Source: Blastocystis sp. Blastoise
Lineage: Eukaryota > Protista > Bigyra: Opalinata
Direction: 5' to 3'
DNA length: 64,000 nt
NCBI GenBank assembly: GCA_039096225.1
Contig: JBBPEB010000021.1
Span: forward strand, 992,001-1,056,000
Both the position numbers and the translations under genes were made by a program. Under the pieces are notes generated by a model. That model saw only the letters and a program-made list of their open reading frames with translations, made no database searches and was not told where the DNA came from. Every line of letters begins with the position of its first letter. The first letter of the stretch is position 1. Below are positions 32,826-48,600 of this stretch, piece by piece.

Positions 32826-35064
32826 ATGGCTAGAAGAGATAAAAAGCAATCAAAGGAGCAAAATAGGGTGGTTCCTGAGTATGTTTTAAAGATTATCTTA
32901 TTATTACTTATTTAATCTGATGAATTTGATAGTAAATTTATTTAATATGACTTGTATATAGTGAAGAAATAGAGAATATTCCTGATATGGCGACCTATAA
33001 GTGTGATGGCAAATGGATTCCTTCAAATTTTGATTTTACATTAAATGACAAGAATGGTGTAGGTGGTTTATTAGGTGTTGAAGTATTTAATGGTACTTTT
33101 GAAGATTTCAATAAAGAACAAAAGACAAAATCAGAAAAAAAACCTAGTGAAAAATCTAGTTCAACTAATGATGATGATTTTGAGGTTATAGCTGTTAATG
33201 AGAATGAAGGTGAAGAAGAAGATATGAATGAAGATTCTATGTTCCTTGAAGATGAAGAAGAGAAGAAGGATAAGAAAGAGAATAAGAAAAATAAAGAAGA
33301 AAAAAAGGATAAGAAAGAGAATAAGAAAGAAAAGGATAAGAAAGAAAAGCCAGTTAAACAAGAGAAACGTATAAATCCATTTGATGTTGATGATGAAGAA
33401 GAAGAAAAAGAAGAAGATAAAAAGAAGAAAGAAAAGAAGGAGAAAGATAAGAAGAAAAGACTTTTCGTTGATGAAAATGGAAAAGAATATGATACTAGTA
33501 AGATTATTCATTGTGATGTTTGTAATATGGATATTAAAGGAGAAAATATATGGCAACAACATATTCAAGGAAAAAAACATTGTAAAAAAGTATTATATAT
33601 ATATATATTGTTTATATATTGTTTATATGATTATTGTTATTATTAATATAATAATAATAATATATATATAGGCAGGTATACCTGTTCCTGAGCAAAAGAA
33701 TCATAATGAATTCCATAATAGTATATTATCCAAGTCTGCAAAGTCTATAGAGGGAATGACTCAGATAGATCATGATATAGATCATTTAGAATTAGAAGAT
33801 AATGATTATTTAAATAGTGATTATGATGAAGATGAAAATAATAATAATAATAATGAGAATGATGATACTATGTCTATTTCTGAAGAAGAAGAAGAAGATG
33901 CTAAAGATTTTGATATTGATGCATATTTTAATGAGGATAATAATGATTCAGATATAGAAATAGAAGAAGATGATAAGACTGGTAATAATGTTGATGTTAT
34001 TTATGAAGATGTAGAAGAAGATAAAGAAGAAGATGTAGAAGAAGAAGAAGAAGAAGAAGAAGATAAGAAAGAAGAGAAGAAAGAAGAGAAAGAAGTTCTA
34101 TCTAATGAGAATGATAGTAAACATCGTGAACATATAGAAGTCACAGAGAATACTGATTTTACTCAATGTACTTTATGTAAACTTCATTTTACTAATAAGA
34201 ATCAATATTTTATGCATCAATATTCTAAACTTCACAAGAAGAATGTGGCTTCTCAAGGAGTACCTAAAGAGGTTACTGCTGAAAAGAAGACTGAAAAGAA
34301 GGCTGAAAAAGAAGTTGAAAAGGAAACTGAAAAAGTAACTGACAATAAAACTGAAAATAAGAATGAAAAAAAAGTTGAAAAGAAAGTTGAAAATAAGAAT
34401 GAAAAACCTAAAGCTAAGACTCAATCTGAAAAAGATGAAGAGCGTAAGAAGAAGAAGCAAGAGGAAATTGAGAATATTCGCGGGACAAAGGAAGCTAAAG
34501 AATTATATACAGGTATAGCTTGGGAAGATTTATATATACCTGAAAATATAATATCAACATTAAAGAAATATAATTATAATCGTCCAACCGATATTCAAGT
34601 ACAATGTATAAGGGCCTATGGTAAAGGAAATGATATATTAGGCGCTGCTCCTACGGGTAGTGGTAAAACATTAGCTTTCTTATTACCTATTATTATGGAT
34701 ATATTAAAGAATAAGAAGAGAGAAGAGAAAGAACAATATATAGAGAATAATAATAATAAAGAAGAAGAAGAAAAGAAGAAGAGTATGGAAATAGAAGGAG
34801 AAGAAGATCATAATAAGGAAGATAAAGAGAATACTGAATTATTACCTCATTTGAAATTCCTTGAGAAATTCCAAAAAGTAGATAAGAAGAAAGACTGGAA
34901 AATAAGTAGTATTTTGTGTGCTCCTACACGTGAATTATGTGTCCAAACATATAACGTTTTACAACAACTTACAAAAGATCTTAATATTACGTATATATAT
35001 AATATTTTTTTTAATATTATTCTTTTTTTAAGAATTTTAATATTATATAATGTATATTTTTTAT

Positions 35065-35099
<35 letters not shown>

Positions 35100-36330
35100 A
35101 GTGTATGTATTGTAGGTGGTCTCTCTGAACAGAAACAATTACGAATGATTAATAAATGCCCTGATATTATTATAGGTACTGTAGGAAGGTATATAGTTAT
35201 ATATTATTATTGTTATTATTATTATTATTATTATATATATAGATTATGGTGGTTATTTGATGAACAACATGTGACTGTTTCCAATATATCGAAATTAAGA
35301 CATCTCGTTATTGATGAAGCAGATAAAATGGTAGTAGCAGGTGCTTATCCTGAACTTCAAAAGTTTGTTCGTTATTTGAAAAATGCTGAAGCTGAACATC
35401 CTAGTATATATATATATATATATATATTATTATAATGCATATATAAATAACATTATATATTATTATAATACATATATAATTAACATTATATATATAGATC
35501 CAGTTCGAAAGACTTATTTATTTAGTGCTACTTTATCTCTTTCAGATACTTCTGTCTCTGCATCTCCTGTGAAACAATTATTATTTAATATAGCTGTTCA
35601 ATCAAAACATCAAATATGTGTAAGTAATAACCGCGGGGATGAACAAGTTGGTGATGAATCCAATCTTGAACAATCAAGTCATATTTTACCTGCAGGTATA
35701 TAAATAATATAATAATAATAAGTATAATAATAAGTATAATAATAATAAACATAATAAGTATAAGTATAATAATAATAATAATAATAATAAGTATAATAAT
35801 AAGTATAATAATAAGTATAATAATAATATATATATATATATAGGTTTAACTTGTTTACATGTGAAGGTACCTGGTGATATGGAGAAAGAGAACTTTATAT
35901 ATGGATATATGCAGAAATATAAGGGACATACATTAGTATTCGTTAATTCTATTAATACATTAAAGTCTCTTTATGGTGTATTATCTCTTCTTCATCTTCC
36001 TATATATCGTTTATATGCTGGTATGCAACAGAAACAACGATTAAATACTATAAATAAATTTAAGAATTCGAACGATGCTCTTTTATTATCGACAGATGTC
36101 GCGTCACGTGGTATTGATATTCCTGATGTCACCTGCGTCATTCATTATCACATGCCTTTCTCTCCACAATTATTTGTACATCGTAGTGGTCGTACAGCAC
36201 GTGCTGGAAAAGAAGGTGTTTCCATTTCATTGGTTACTCCACGTGAACAATCCTTGTATATATATATATATTTTTTTTTTGTTTTTTTTTTAAATTTTTC
36301 TATATATATATATATATATTGTTTTTTATT

Positions 36331-36361
<31 letters not shown>

Positions 36362-36945
36362 GATATCAGGATGTATGTACTTATGTGGGCCATCCAAATG
36401 GTTTCTCTGAATTCCCCAATGAAACACAATTAACCTCAAATAAGATTAATTTAGATCGTTTAGAATTATGTCATAAAATATTTGATATTACTGACGCTAC
36501 AAGCAAGCGTTCTCATGATTCCCAATGGCTTGAAAAGAATCGTAAGTTAATAGAAGAAGAAGAAGAAGAAGAAAATAATAATAGTAATAAAAAGAATAAG
36601 AAGGATAAGAAGAAAAATATGAAGAATGATGATGATAGTGATAATAATGAAGAAGAAGAAGAAGAAGAAGAAGAAGAAGAAGAAAAGGAAGAGAAAAAGG
36701 AGAAAAAACAAATAGAAGAAGCAGTTGTCTTAACTAGAGAGCAAAAATTAGCCTTAAAAGTTCTTAGAAAGAATTTAGATACATTATTAACTACTCAGAA
36801 TAGTTTATTACCTTATAGAGGATCATTTATTACTACTGATCCAACTATTCTTCAAACTCTTCGTACTGCTACGAAATCAGGTGTTAAGAGAAATATTGTT
36901 GAAGATTGTAAAGAATTTGCTGCTAAACGTGGTAGAAAACATTAA
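32826..36945 (+). CDS. DDX24: DEAD-box RNA helicase DDX24/Mak5 with two extra C2H2 (matrin/JAZ-type) zinc fingers, 8 exons
   Basis: PTDIQ, APTGSGKTLAF, PTREL, VGGLSEQKQLR, DEADKMV, SAT, TLVFVNSI, MQQKQRL, HRSGRTARAG. Confidence 0.88.
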
Positions 36946-37525
36946 TTGTGATATATTATGATGAATTAATCATAATGTATATTTTTTTGTTTAATGATTC
37001 GTTTTGTAATATTCATCTAATGACTTTATATATTTAATTCTTCTCTTTCAAGTTATGTTTTTAGAATATTTGTTTTTAAAATATATCTTTATTAATTCTA
37101 TGTGTGAATTACATGTTTTGTTTATATTATATGATATCAAATGGCTACTAACGTAACATTTGATAATAATTTATTCTATTAGAGAATAAATGATTCATTT
37201 CATGTACCTATTATTTAAAAGTCATTTAAAACCATACTTTTGTCATCTTGTAGATCATCAAAAATATATTAATACATCTATATTATTCTTATTAGTATGC
37301 CAAAATATATTTATCATAATAAAGAAAAAGAAATCAAAAAAATAATGAATAAAAAGAAAAAATGACTCAAACTACTTGAGATAATCATAAAACTTCCTGT
37401 ACCAGACATTTTTTTGTGGTTTTTTTTTCTGTTTTTCTAGGTTACAATTTCTTTTATCAATTCTTTAGGTATGTATTTTAAATTTAAATTAATCTATACT
37501 ATAAATCAATAGAGCTCTTTTTAAG

Positions 37526-40500
37526 ATGTCAACTGAACTTGCTAGACAACTCCAAGGAATATCTATTCCACGAATGGAAATCAAGACTGGAGTCTCTTTA
37601 CTTTTTACTAGTCAAGAAGTAAAGGACCAAACTATGGATTACGTTTTCAATATAGGAAAGAATGGTTTATTGGAATTGATAAGAATAGATCCTTCTTTTA
37701 TTGTGTTTGATACTACTTTATTTGGTAATAAGTTACGTGGTTTAGATAGAGAGCACGAAACTGAGCAAGTTAATAAGGATTTAGATGATTTAATCAAACA
37801 ATTCTTATATACTGTGTCTCCTTATATGTTATTGAAAGCTTCTCAGAAATGCCTTGAATATTTATTCAGACATTTTTTTATTCATATTTATAATGTTTCC
37901 GATGTTATATTTTCTGTATTACCTTATCACGAATCTACATTTTTCCCTAAGGTGATAAGTTTATTAGTTATAGAAAAAGATGCTTTATGGTCCTTTTTAG
38001 GTGGTGTTAAGAGAAATAAGACATTTATTGCTCGTTCTTATCTTGCTAGTCAATGTATTAATAGAAAAGCATTATTATTATTTATTCTTCAAAATATGCA
38101 AGAAATGACTAAAAGTGATTATAATTGTACTTTACATTTAACTTTTGTTATTGCTCTTCTCTTTGACTTTATTAAATTGCAACGTGTATGTTCATTAGAT
38201 AGTTATTATTTTATTTATATTATGTTTTAATTTTTTTTTTTATTTTATTTTTTTTTTATTTTTATTTTTTTCTAATCTATATATATATATATATATATAT
38301 ATATTTCTAATTTCTTTCATTAATACTATATTTATAAATACTATATTTTAATTATCATTTTATTATATATATATATTATTTATATATTATATATATATAG
38401 TTAGATGAATCAACAGTTCGTAGTATAATATCCTTTTGTTTGGAGGGTATAAAATGTATAAAAGAGAAAGAATATCAAGCAGGTAGTTATTTGATTTTAT
38501 GTCAATTATCTTCTATTATTACTCTTGATAATAAAGTCTTAGTAACTTGTTTACAATCTATGTTTAAGAATTATAGAATAGAAAATATACAATTAATATT
38601 ACAAACTTATTTAATATTAACAAAAACTAAACAAGATATATCTTCTATAGAACAATTAATATCTTTAGAGTCTATAAATGATTTTATTCAAGATGAATCT
38701 GTTATATATAATTGGAATATATTAAAAGAAAAATATGATTTATATTCTTTAGCTCATTTATTTACAAAGAATATACTTGAGTTATATATAAAGAATAATC
38801 AATGTTATGAATTTTTAAAAACTATTATTCTTTCTATACAAGAAGAGAATTACCATGATTATTTTATTCTTTTATTATCTTCTATGAATGAAATATATAG
38901 ATCTTATAATACTGAATCGATGGATAAAGCTGTTGAAAGCCGTTATGCTATTTTATTACGTTTCCTCGCAAGTCATTTTGGATCCTTATTTGATACTGAA
39001 TTTACTCCTCTTTCTATTTCTTATGAACATATGAATATACTTATAGAATCTATATTTAATGGTGGTGAACATATGCTGGTACAAAAAGGTGTTTCGATTT
39101 ATAGTGCTTTACATAGTGAAGAAGAAGAAGTATACTATTAGATTTATTGTCATTCATTTTTGTTGTTTTTATTGAATTATGTTTTTTTTTTTTAAATTTT
39201 ATTATATTTAATAATTATTCTATTTTTTATAATATTAATTTTGATATATAAATTCTATTTTTCTTAAATATATTTTATTGATTATTATAGTATAACAATT
39301 ATATATATATATATAAAACATACTATATTCAATCTATTTATTATATATATAGATACGTGAAAAAGGATTATCTCTTCTTCTCTCTACTCTTACTACTACT
39401 AATAATAATAATAAATCATTAGAGTTCTCAACTGAATTTTTACATTCTTCTCTTTCATTATTATTACATGATAAATCTCAAAGAATAGTAAAATTAATTC
39501 TTTCATTATCAACTGAATTACTTTTATCTATATTTACTATTGAACAATTTACTATAGAAATTATTTCTTTATTATCTTCTTCAATATATATTCAAAATCC
39601 AAATTATTATGAAGACATACTTCTATTACTATTAAAACATATTCAATCTATTCATTATTCTCAAGATTATTCTTTAGATTCTCTTCTTATTCCTTTATTC
39701 TGTTATCTCCCTATATCTGATACTATTACTACTATACAACAAGAAACTATCAATACATTAGTTACTCTATCTCATCCTCTTCTTCTTAATATAAAGACTA
39801 TTATACCTGTAACAACAAAAGAATCACCAAAGAAAACTAAAGAACAACAATCAAGTCCTATATATATACAATTAATAAATTTATTTACTAAGAATATTCA
39901 AGAGAATCTTTCTCTTTTATCACTTAGTCCTTTATTCTTAAATAATACAATTTCTATTATTCCTCAATGGATCTATATACATATTCTTTGCCATTTATTA
40001 CATTCGAATAATATTCATGATTCTACAATCTTATTCTCTATATATAATAATTTGTTATCTGTTCTTATACAATATATTCAGAATGATACTCTAGATATAT
40101 CAAATCATAAAGTTGAATATAATGATATATTAACAATATCTCCCCTTCTTCCTATTACTAAACAAGATTTATATTTCTATTCATTTGATGTTCTTTATTT
40201 CTTAATAAATATTATAGATTTTACTCTATATTCTCCTATAACTAAATATGGTGATAATCCTAAAGATGTCAGTCATCCAATTAATATACTTATTAATTTA
40301 TATGCTATACATATAGATAGTCCATTTATTCAAGGTATTATAAATCAATTAATAATAAAAGTAAATGCAGAAAAACCATTATCTTTATATTTACAAGTTC
40401 TTTCATTAAATTCGATGATTAAAACTGTATTTATACATATAATGAAATCTATATTAGTATATCTTCAAGAAACTAAAGAATTATATATAGATACATATAT

Positions 40501-43500
40501 AAGTATATATCAAAATTTATTATTATTTTTAAATCATGAAGATCGTGAAATCCGTTCACTTACGTTACATATTTTTGAAGAAGTACAAAAATTAAATAAT
40601 TCTGTTATTATACCTACTAGTATATCGAATATGAATTCTCTTCAACAATTTAAATCTGTTTCGAATCGTTTTAATACACTTATTCTTAGTATACAAACAG
40701 AAATACAAGAAGATAATTCATATTTTAAGAATTATATACGTAATTTATATAATAAGAAGTCAGAACCTAATTTTGAAAGTTCATTTAAATGTATAAATTA
40801 TATAATGATATCTATTATTATGTCTACTTCTTCTTATTATCAAAAAATGCTTTATTTATCTTTAAATGATAAATATATATTAGATATGAATAATTCACAA
40901 ATAATTATACGTACTTTAATGGATTCAATAGAAAACCCTCATTATATTGAGGGATCTGAAACACAATTTGAAGGTAAAGCAATTCAATTGGTTAATGCTT
41001 ATGATATTCGTATTTGGAAACATTTAATTCGTTTATTTATAAAGAATATTAGTTTTAATAGTAAAAATATGGATATGAAACAAGCTTATAAATGTTATAT
41101 GCTTTATTTAACTCATTATAATAGTTATTATTATATAAATATGAAGACAAATATAATTGATAGTTATATACCTTTAGTAGATATATTAATAAATAGTGAT
41201 AAAGATTTTTATATAAATATAACAGAAGATCAATTAGATCTTATATTCCATACTTTAAGTTCTATATTATATAGTCCTTGTGATATAGATAGTAATATTA
41301 TTTATAATTCTATTAATAGAATGAATTTACCTTTCTCCTTATTTATTAAAGAATCAAATAATTTAATGAGTGATATATATACTGATTTATTTGATAAATC
41401 AAAGAAAATAGCTGCTATTACTGTTTTTATAGAAATATTTAGAAATGATAATCGTTTTAAAAATGAAATTAATTCAATTTCTATGCTTACTTCTATTTTA
41501 TCTTATTTAATTGCTCTTATACCTAATAATAATAATAATAGTAATAATAAAGATAATAATAATAATAATAATAATGAAAGTATATTTATACCTGCTAATA
41601 TTGCAGACAATGAAGCAATTATTCATTCATCTGAGTATATTATTCAGACTATCTTAGAATGTCTTATTATTATAGTAAATAATTCTCAAAAAGAAAATAA
41701 ATCATCTAATAATAGTAATAATAATAATAATAATAATAAAAAGAGTATGGGTATTAATAATAATACTAATAATAATACTATTAATAATAAACAAGAAATA
41801 ACATCCGTTAAACGTCGTCGTAGTGGTTCTTTTTCAGTAATAATAGAACAAGATATATATATAGATCCTTCTATCCTTATACATTGTCTTAATACTATTT
41901 CTTCTATTCAAGTAAAACATACTTGTTTACGTTTATTAGGTACTTTATGCTCTATTCAACCTCATACTATATTCCCTTATTTATATACATCATTAGAAGA
42001 TTTAGCTTATCATATATATACAGAAGAAGATGAGAATTATTCTTATTTACAAACAACAAAAAGTGTTTTTATTACAACTTGTCCTCATTTACGTGAATAT
42101 CCTGAATATATTATACAAATATATAAATTATTTGTACCTTGTTTATTATCCTTATCTTCTTCTCAAGCTATTTCTTTTGGTATTCAATTAATTACTTCTT
42201 CTTCATCTCGTTATTTACCTCATTTATTAGCTTTATTATTATCTATTTATGCAGGATATACTATGGAAGGTAATCTTTATGAAGAAAAACATTATATTAT
42301 TCATTCTGAAAAATATAATGATATTATTTTACCTATTGAAAAATCAACTGTATATACTTTTATACAAGGTTTTATACATACATTTTCTTGCACTATTCAA
42401 GTACAATGTATATTAATAATATTAAGTGCTTGTGAAAATATACCGTATGAAGAAGAAATGGAAATAGAAAATAAAGAAAATAATACTAATAATAAGAATA
42501 AAGTATTTAATGAAAGTGTTCAAACATTAATAAAATCATTTAAAAAAGAACAAATTGAAGATAAAGCAGGATTACGATTTTTAAATATATTATTACATTG
42601 TATTTCGGATATAGTTAGTCATGAAGACTTTATTCGTAATATCAGTTCTTTACCTATACAACAACAAAATAGTATACAAAATATATTCTTAAGTATAACA
42701 GAATCATTATTATTATTAATACAAATATGTAATGATATTATTAGTAGTAATATAGAAGAAGATTTAAATATATGGCAAAAATGTCAAGAATCTACATATC
42801 TTATATTAGGAATAATAAATGAATTATTAAATACACCAGCATTTATTACCGTTATTTCAGAGTTATTAAAACATCAGGATCTTTCTGTACGTCGACGTGC
42901 TCTTCAAATGTTAAATTCTAAATTATCATCTACATCTTCATCACTTACTATAGAAGAACAATCTTTATATATAGATCTTATTGATGATATAGATGATATA
43001 TTAACTAATGAACAAGATACTATATTAAATAAACAAACTGCTGTATTATCACTTCATATATTAGCACAATATTTCGGATCTTTATCACCTAAATCATTTG
43101 TTCCTTCGTTAATCGCGGTTATTTCTATTATTTCAAAAACAGAATTAACTACTACTTCTGATAATGAACGTGATGTCTTTTTAGGATCTTTATATATGTG
43201 TATAAGTGTATTAATTACTAAAGTTGGTGTTTTAATTATTCCCTTTTTACCTCGTTTCTTTAAACCTTATTTAGATCATTTTGAATATTATTTACAGAAT
43301 CCAATTAAAGGAGAACAAGTATTATTATTCCAATCATTATTAGCTACTATGTCTGCTATTATTATGAATCAACCAAATATGATATCTCCTTATATGAAGA
43401 GAATATTAATTATATTATTAACACCTTCTTTACTTACTACTGCTTCTAATAGTATTAATAAATCATTAGATACTTTGTTTACTATTATACCTAAATATAT

Positions 43501-44876
43501 ATCATGCCGTTTATTATTACCATCACTTTATGATATATATTCACAATTAAATAATAATTCTATATCTATATCTACATTATATCTTATTTTACAAAATACA
43601 TTTGATATATTAGAATCTAATGATATAGAATTAATATATATAAAAGCATGGGATTTCTGTAATAAAGGATTAGAAGCTAGATATCAATATGATCTTCTTC
43701 AAAAAGAATGTTCTTTAGAACAGCATCAAGAATTTATAAAAACAGAACAAGCTATATGTAATTGTATGATTCATTTAATTATTAAATTAAATGAAAAACA
43801 ATTTCAACCGATTTATGTAGCATCTGTCTCGTGGATGGAAAATCAATATATTGAAGAAAAAGAATCCATGCCTCCACGTGGAAAATGTATTGCTTTCTTT
43901 ACATTTATATTAAATATTATACAAAAATTAAAGAGTATTTTTATACCTTATTTTTCGAATATAAATGAAGTATGTAAATGTATATATGAACAATTTTATG
44001 AACAAGGAAAGAAAAAACAAAATAAACTTAATTATTATGATATTTATTTAATTGAATTAGTTTCTGATTGTTTATTTAATGAATTTAAATATAATACTAT
44101 TTCTTATATTGATGAAGATAAATTTAATCTTTATAAAGATATGCTTATTTCTACTTATAATTGCATTTATATTCCTGGAGGATTAGAAAGATTTAGAAGG
44201 TATATTTATATGTTTTTTTATTATGTTTATTTATTTATATGTTTATTTATTTATTTTTTTTTTATTATGTTTATTTATTTATATGTTTATTTATTTGTTT
44301 TTTTTTTTATTATGTTTATTTATTTATATGTTTATTTATTAATATTTATGTATTTATTTATTAATATTTAATAAATAATAATGATATATATATATATAGT
44401 ATGATGTTAGATCATGTATGTCCTGCTATAACAGAATTAGTAGCTACTACGAGTGGTCATGATGTTTGGTGGAAATCACTTAATTATGATATACTTATGT
44501 TTACTAGAGAAGATGTTCCAACTGTTAAATATATTGCACTTAAAAATATACAAGTATTTACTATTATTATTATAGTTATTATATATTTTATTTATTTTAT
44601 TAGTTTATTTTTAAAATATATTTTTATTTATTAAAACCAATTATATTATAATAATATTCATTCTTATTATTATTATTATGTTTATTATTATTATTATTAT
44701 AGGATTGCTTTACACGTGCTTCTCAAGAATATATTTCACTTATTCCTGATTGTATTCCCTTCCTTGCAAATCTATTGGAAGATAGTGATGTTGCTGTTGA
44801 ACGATTGGCTAGTGATGTTAAGATACAGTTAGAAACATTGAGTGGAGAACAATTAGATAATTTCTTAACTGTTTAA
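37526..44876 (+). CDS. UTP10: U3 snoRNA-associated protein 10 (HEATR1/BAP28), 5 coding exons plus a probable 5'UTR intron (about 37469-37513)
   Basis: MSTELARQLQ..SLLF, SPYMLLKASQKCLEYL, LPYHES. C-terminal IKLNEKQFQP, WKSLNY, LIPDCIPFLANLLED, LETLSGE. Confidence 0.93.
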
Positions 44877-45628
44877 AAAAGAGTATTTATTTCATTTTTA
44901 TGTCTTTTTTTTTAATTATATTTCTTTATAGTTTGTATTATATTTCTTTTTAATGTTTGAAATGTTGTTCTAATATATACAAGTTGTTTTATTGTTATAA
45001 GTATATTTATATATTGATAAAACAGTCTTAATACATATATTTCAATACTTATAAATCATATTTTTACTCTAAGTCTATCACATTTTTATATTTCAATAAT
45101 CAAAATAAAAAGCAATTCTATTTATGACATATCATAATAAATAAACATAGAGTAAATGAAATGTAATTCAAACTATTAAAAATACAATTAAAAAAAATGA
45201 ACCACAAAAAACAAAGAAATGTTATTATATAAATATATAATTAAAAATAGTATACTCAAGTAATACCTAAATACTTAAAAATAAATCAAAAAAAAAAATA
45301 ACAAAAAATAAAAAAAGAGAGAATATACATAGAATAATTAACAAAAACAAGTCAGAAATATTCTATGATATATGTAAAAATATAGATATATTTACATATA
45401 TGATTATAAAAAATAATAAACAAATAATAAGAAATATTAACATAATAAATAAAAATATTCTTTAACATAATATTATAAGAATTCAAGAAATACTAAAAAT
45501 AAAAAATAATTAATATACATATTTAGAAAAGAAAAAATAAAATAATAAATATTGAGGTCAAATTTCTCTATCAGTTATAGAAACTATATATATTCATATA
45601 TAGATTATTATAATAAAAGAATTGTTTA

Positions 45629-48600
45629 TTAATGTTTAGGCAATAGTAAACCTTGTTTGATATATACATCTTTGTATACCTTACGATTATAATTATTATT
45701 CAATATATGATATTTACAATAATGATACATAAAATATCCGACAATAATGAATACTGTAATTCCTATTACACTACCGATAATAATATATATAAAAGAACCA
45801 TTACTGGTATTTTCTATAATATGTATGTCATCATAATTACTAGTGATTGTACAATCCGATAATAATACTTGAATATCATTATTTGTATCTTTATATTCAT
45901 TCATAAGATAATGATATACAGTATCCTTCCATTTCTCAACTTCGTTCTCAATATCCATAATACGAATAATCATACGAATCTTATGATTATCATTCACATT
46001 AAGATATATGTCTTCTAATGATATAATCCATATATGAGAAGAAGGAATAGAATAAACAGATAAATAACTATCTAATGTATGTAATAATATGTAAATTTGT
46101 TTTCCTTGAATCGATTCACTTCTGATTCCTGATATATATATAGTATACTCTATATATACATAAGAAGAAGAAGGAGAAGAAGAAGGTAATAAACAACGTG
46201 TTCTATTTTCATTGGACCATAGAGGAGAAATTCCATTACGAACACATTCACGTGTTCTATAAGAAGTTCGAATAGAAGTACATAATAAATAAGCTGTTTG
46301 ACCAATAGAAGTTTCTGGCCAATCATTTTCTTCTTTACATGTATGTTCTCGAATCACTAGTTGTATATCTATACTCATTTGCTTATCTGGATTACTTGCA
46401 GTTATTTTATAAGTCTTTAAAGATGATAGTATAGTAGGTGTTCCTTCAATAACTCCACTTTTCGTATTTAATGTGATTCCCGTGGGGAAATCAGGAGTCA
46501 CAGTCCATGAATTAATATAATTCTGAATATTAGGAGATATTCCTATTAATGGATCTTGTATATAAGCTACAATATAAGTAATAGGATAAGTAACTACAGG
46601 TGTTTTATATATACACGTATCAGATATATTAGTCCATTTGGGTATATAATCATTACTACATATTCGTGTAATAGAACCTTCTTTATATAGATCTCCACAA
46701 TCTAAAGTGATTGTTTCTCCTTTATTTGTAGCAGGAAAGCGACCTTCTGCAGGACATTGAGGATTGATTACTGTTATGGATATAGGTATATATGAATAAT
46801 TATCAGTATTTGAAGCAATAATCATATGAATAGATTCAGAATAAGGAGATTTAGGTATACCTGTGATAGTACCTGTAGTTACATTCATAATAAGTCCTTC
46901 AGGAAGAGAAGGAATAATAGACCATGAAGTACATATACCTATACATAATGGAGTAATAGGATATAATTCAGAATTAATCACTGCTTGTATATAAGAAGGA
47001 GTCATAGAAATAGAAGGAGATTTTAATTTACAATTATAATGTTCTTGATCCCATTTTATAGCAGTATATCCATCTTCTGTTACATAGAAATTCTTTGAAG
47101 ATGTAGAATCCAAACATCTTCGTTTACGTATACCTATATATCCATCAGGACAAGATAAATAATTATCTGTATTATATCTAGCTGGAGGCCATTCACCATC
47201 TTCAAAACATAAATAAGTATCAGTACTTATTGTCAATAGAATAGTAACGTTATTATACTGACCTTCTGCTTTTATTGTATAATTATTCTTTTTTGTATAT
47301 ACTAAAGGTATTCCTGAAATAATTCCATTATTAAATAGAAGACCATTAGGAAGAGAAGAAGGAGTAATAGACCATTTCTCAATGATACCTGAAGTTACTA
47401 TAGGTTCAACAGATACAGTTCGATTTAATACAAATACATAAGATGAATGTGGATAGGATAAAACTATATAATTAGAAGATAAAACACAATGATTCTCAAT
47501 AGAAGACCAAGAAGGAATTCCATTCGGAGTTGAAGGAGGAATACACGATCGTTGATAATAACCACTAAAACCAGAAGGACAATCGATAGTCGTAGTATTT
47601 CCTTGATAAGTTCTTGACCATACATCATCTTTACAGAAATCACGATTCATTTCTGTGGCAACAGATATATAGAGTTTTGTGGATATAGTAGTATTATAAT
47701 GACTAGAAGAAGCAGTTATAGTATATTGTGTAAGAGGAATGTAAGTAGAAGAAGGAACACTAGTAATAACACCAGTAGCTGTATTTAATGAGAAAGAAGA
47801 AGGAAGAGAAGGAAAACTAGTGAAATTCAAATAGAGAGCATCTATAAAGGGAACATTTATATATATAGATTCAGAAGCATATAATAGATATATTGATTGT
47901 TCATAATTAAATATAGTTGGAGGAGATAAAATACAATTCTTATTATCTTCATTACTCCAAATACCTTTATCTGAACAGAGTCGTTTCTTTTGACCTGTAT
48001 AAAATAATCCACAAGATTTATATGAATATTCTCCATAATAAACAGAAGGATATCCATCAATTGATGTACACAAATTATCCATAAGTCCTGTGAATAATGA
48101 AAATTCAGATATTTGAGCAGCTAAATCTGAAGTACAAACTCTTGGCTCATCAACTCGAAGATATGAATTTTCACATTCATCTATAGTTAACTTATATATA
48201 TTATAAGGAATATCACTAATAATAGAATAAACTTTCTCTTCAAATGAATAAGTAAAATATTGTTGTTTTACTTGATGTATAATAGTATAATTAATATTAT
48301 CATTTGAACCTTCTAATGTCCATCCTGAAGGAGTATATATATTACATAAATAATAATTACTTATAGAATATCTATTAATATATTCTTTTATTTGATTATT
48401 ATAAATATATGAAATAGAAACACCAACACATTGTGATCTGTATCTATATATAGTATTCTTATTATTATCAAATGCATTATCAATACTATATTGACTAATA
48501 CTATCTTCATAAGGAGTATACCCATAACCATTCTTCTGATAACGTATATCTTTTAATATAGGAACAAGACTAATATTAAATATAGTATCACTAAATATAC

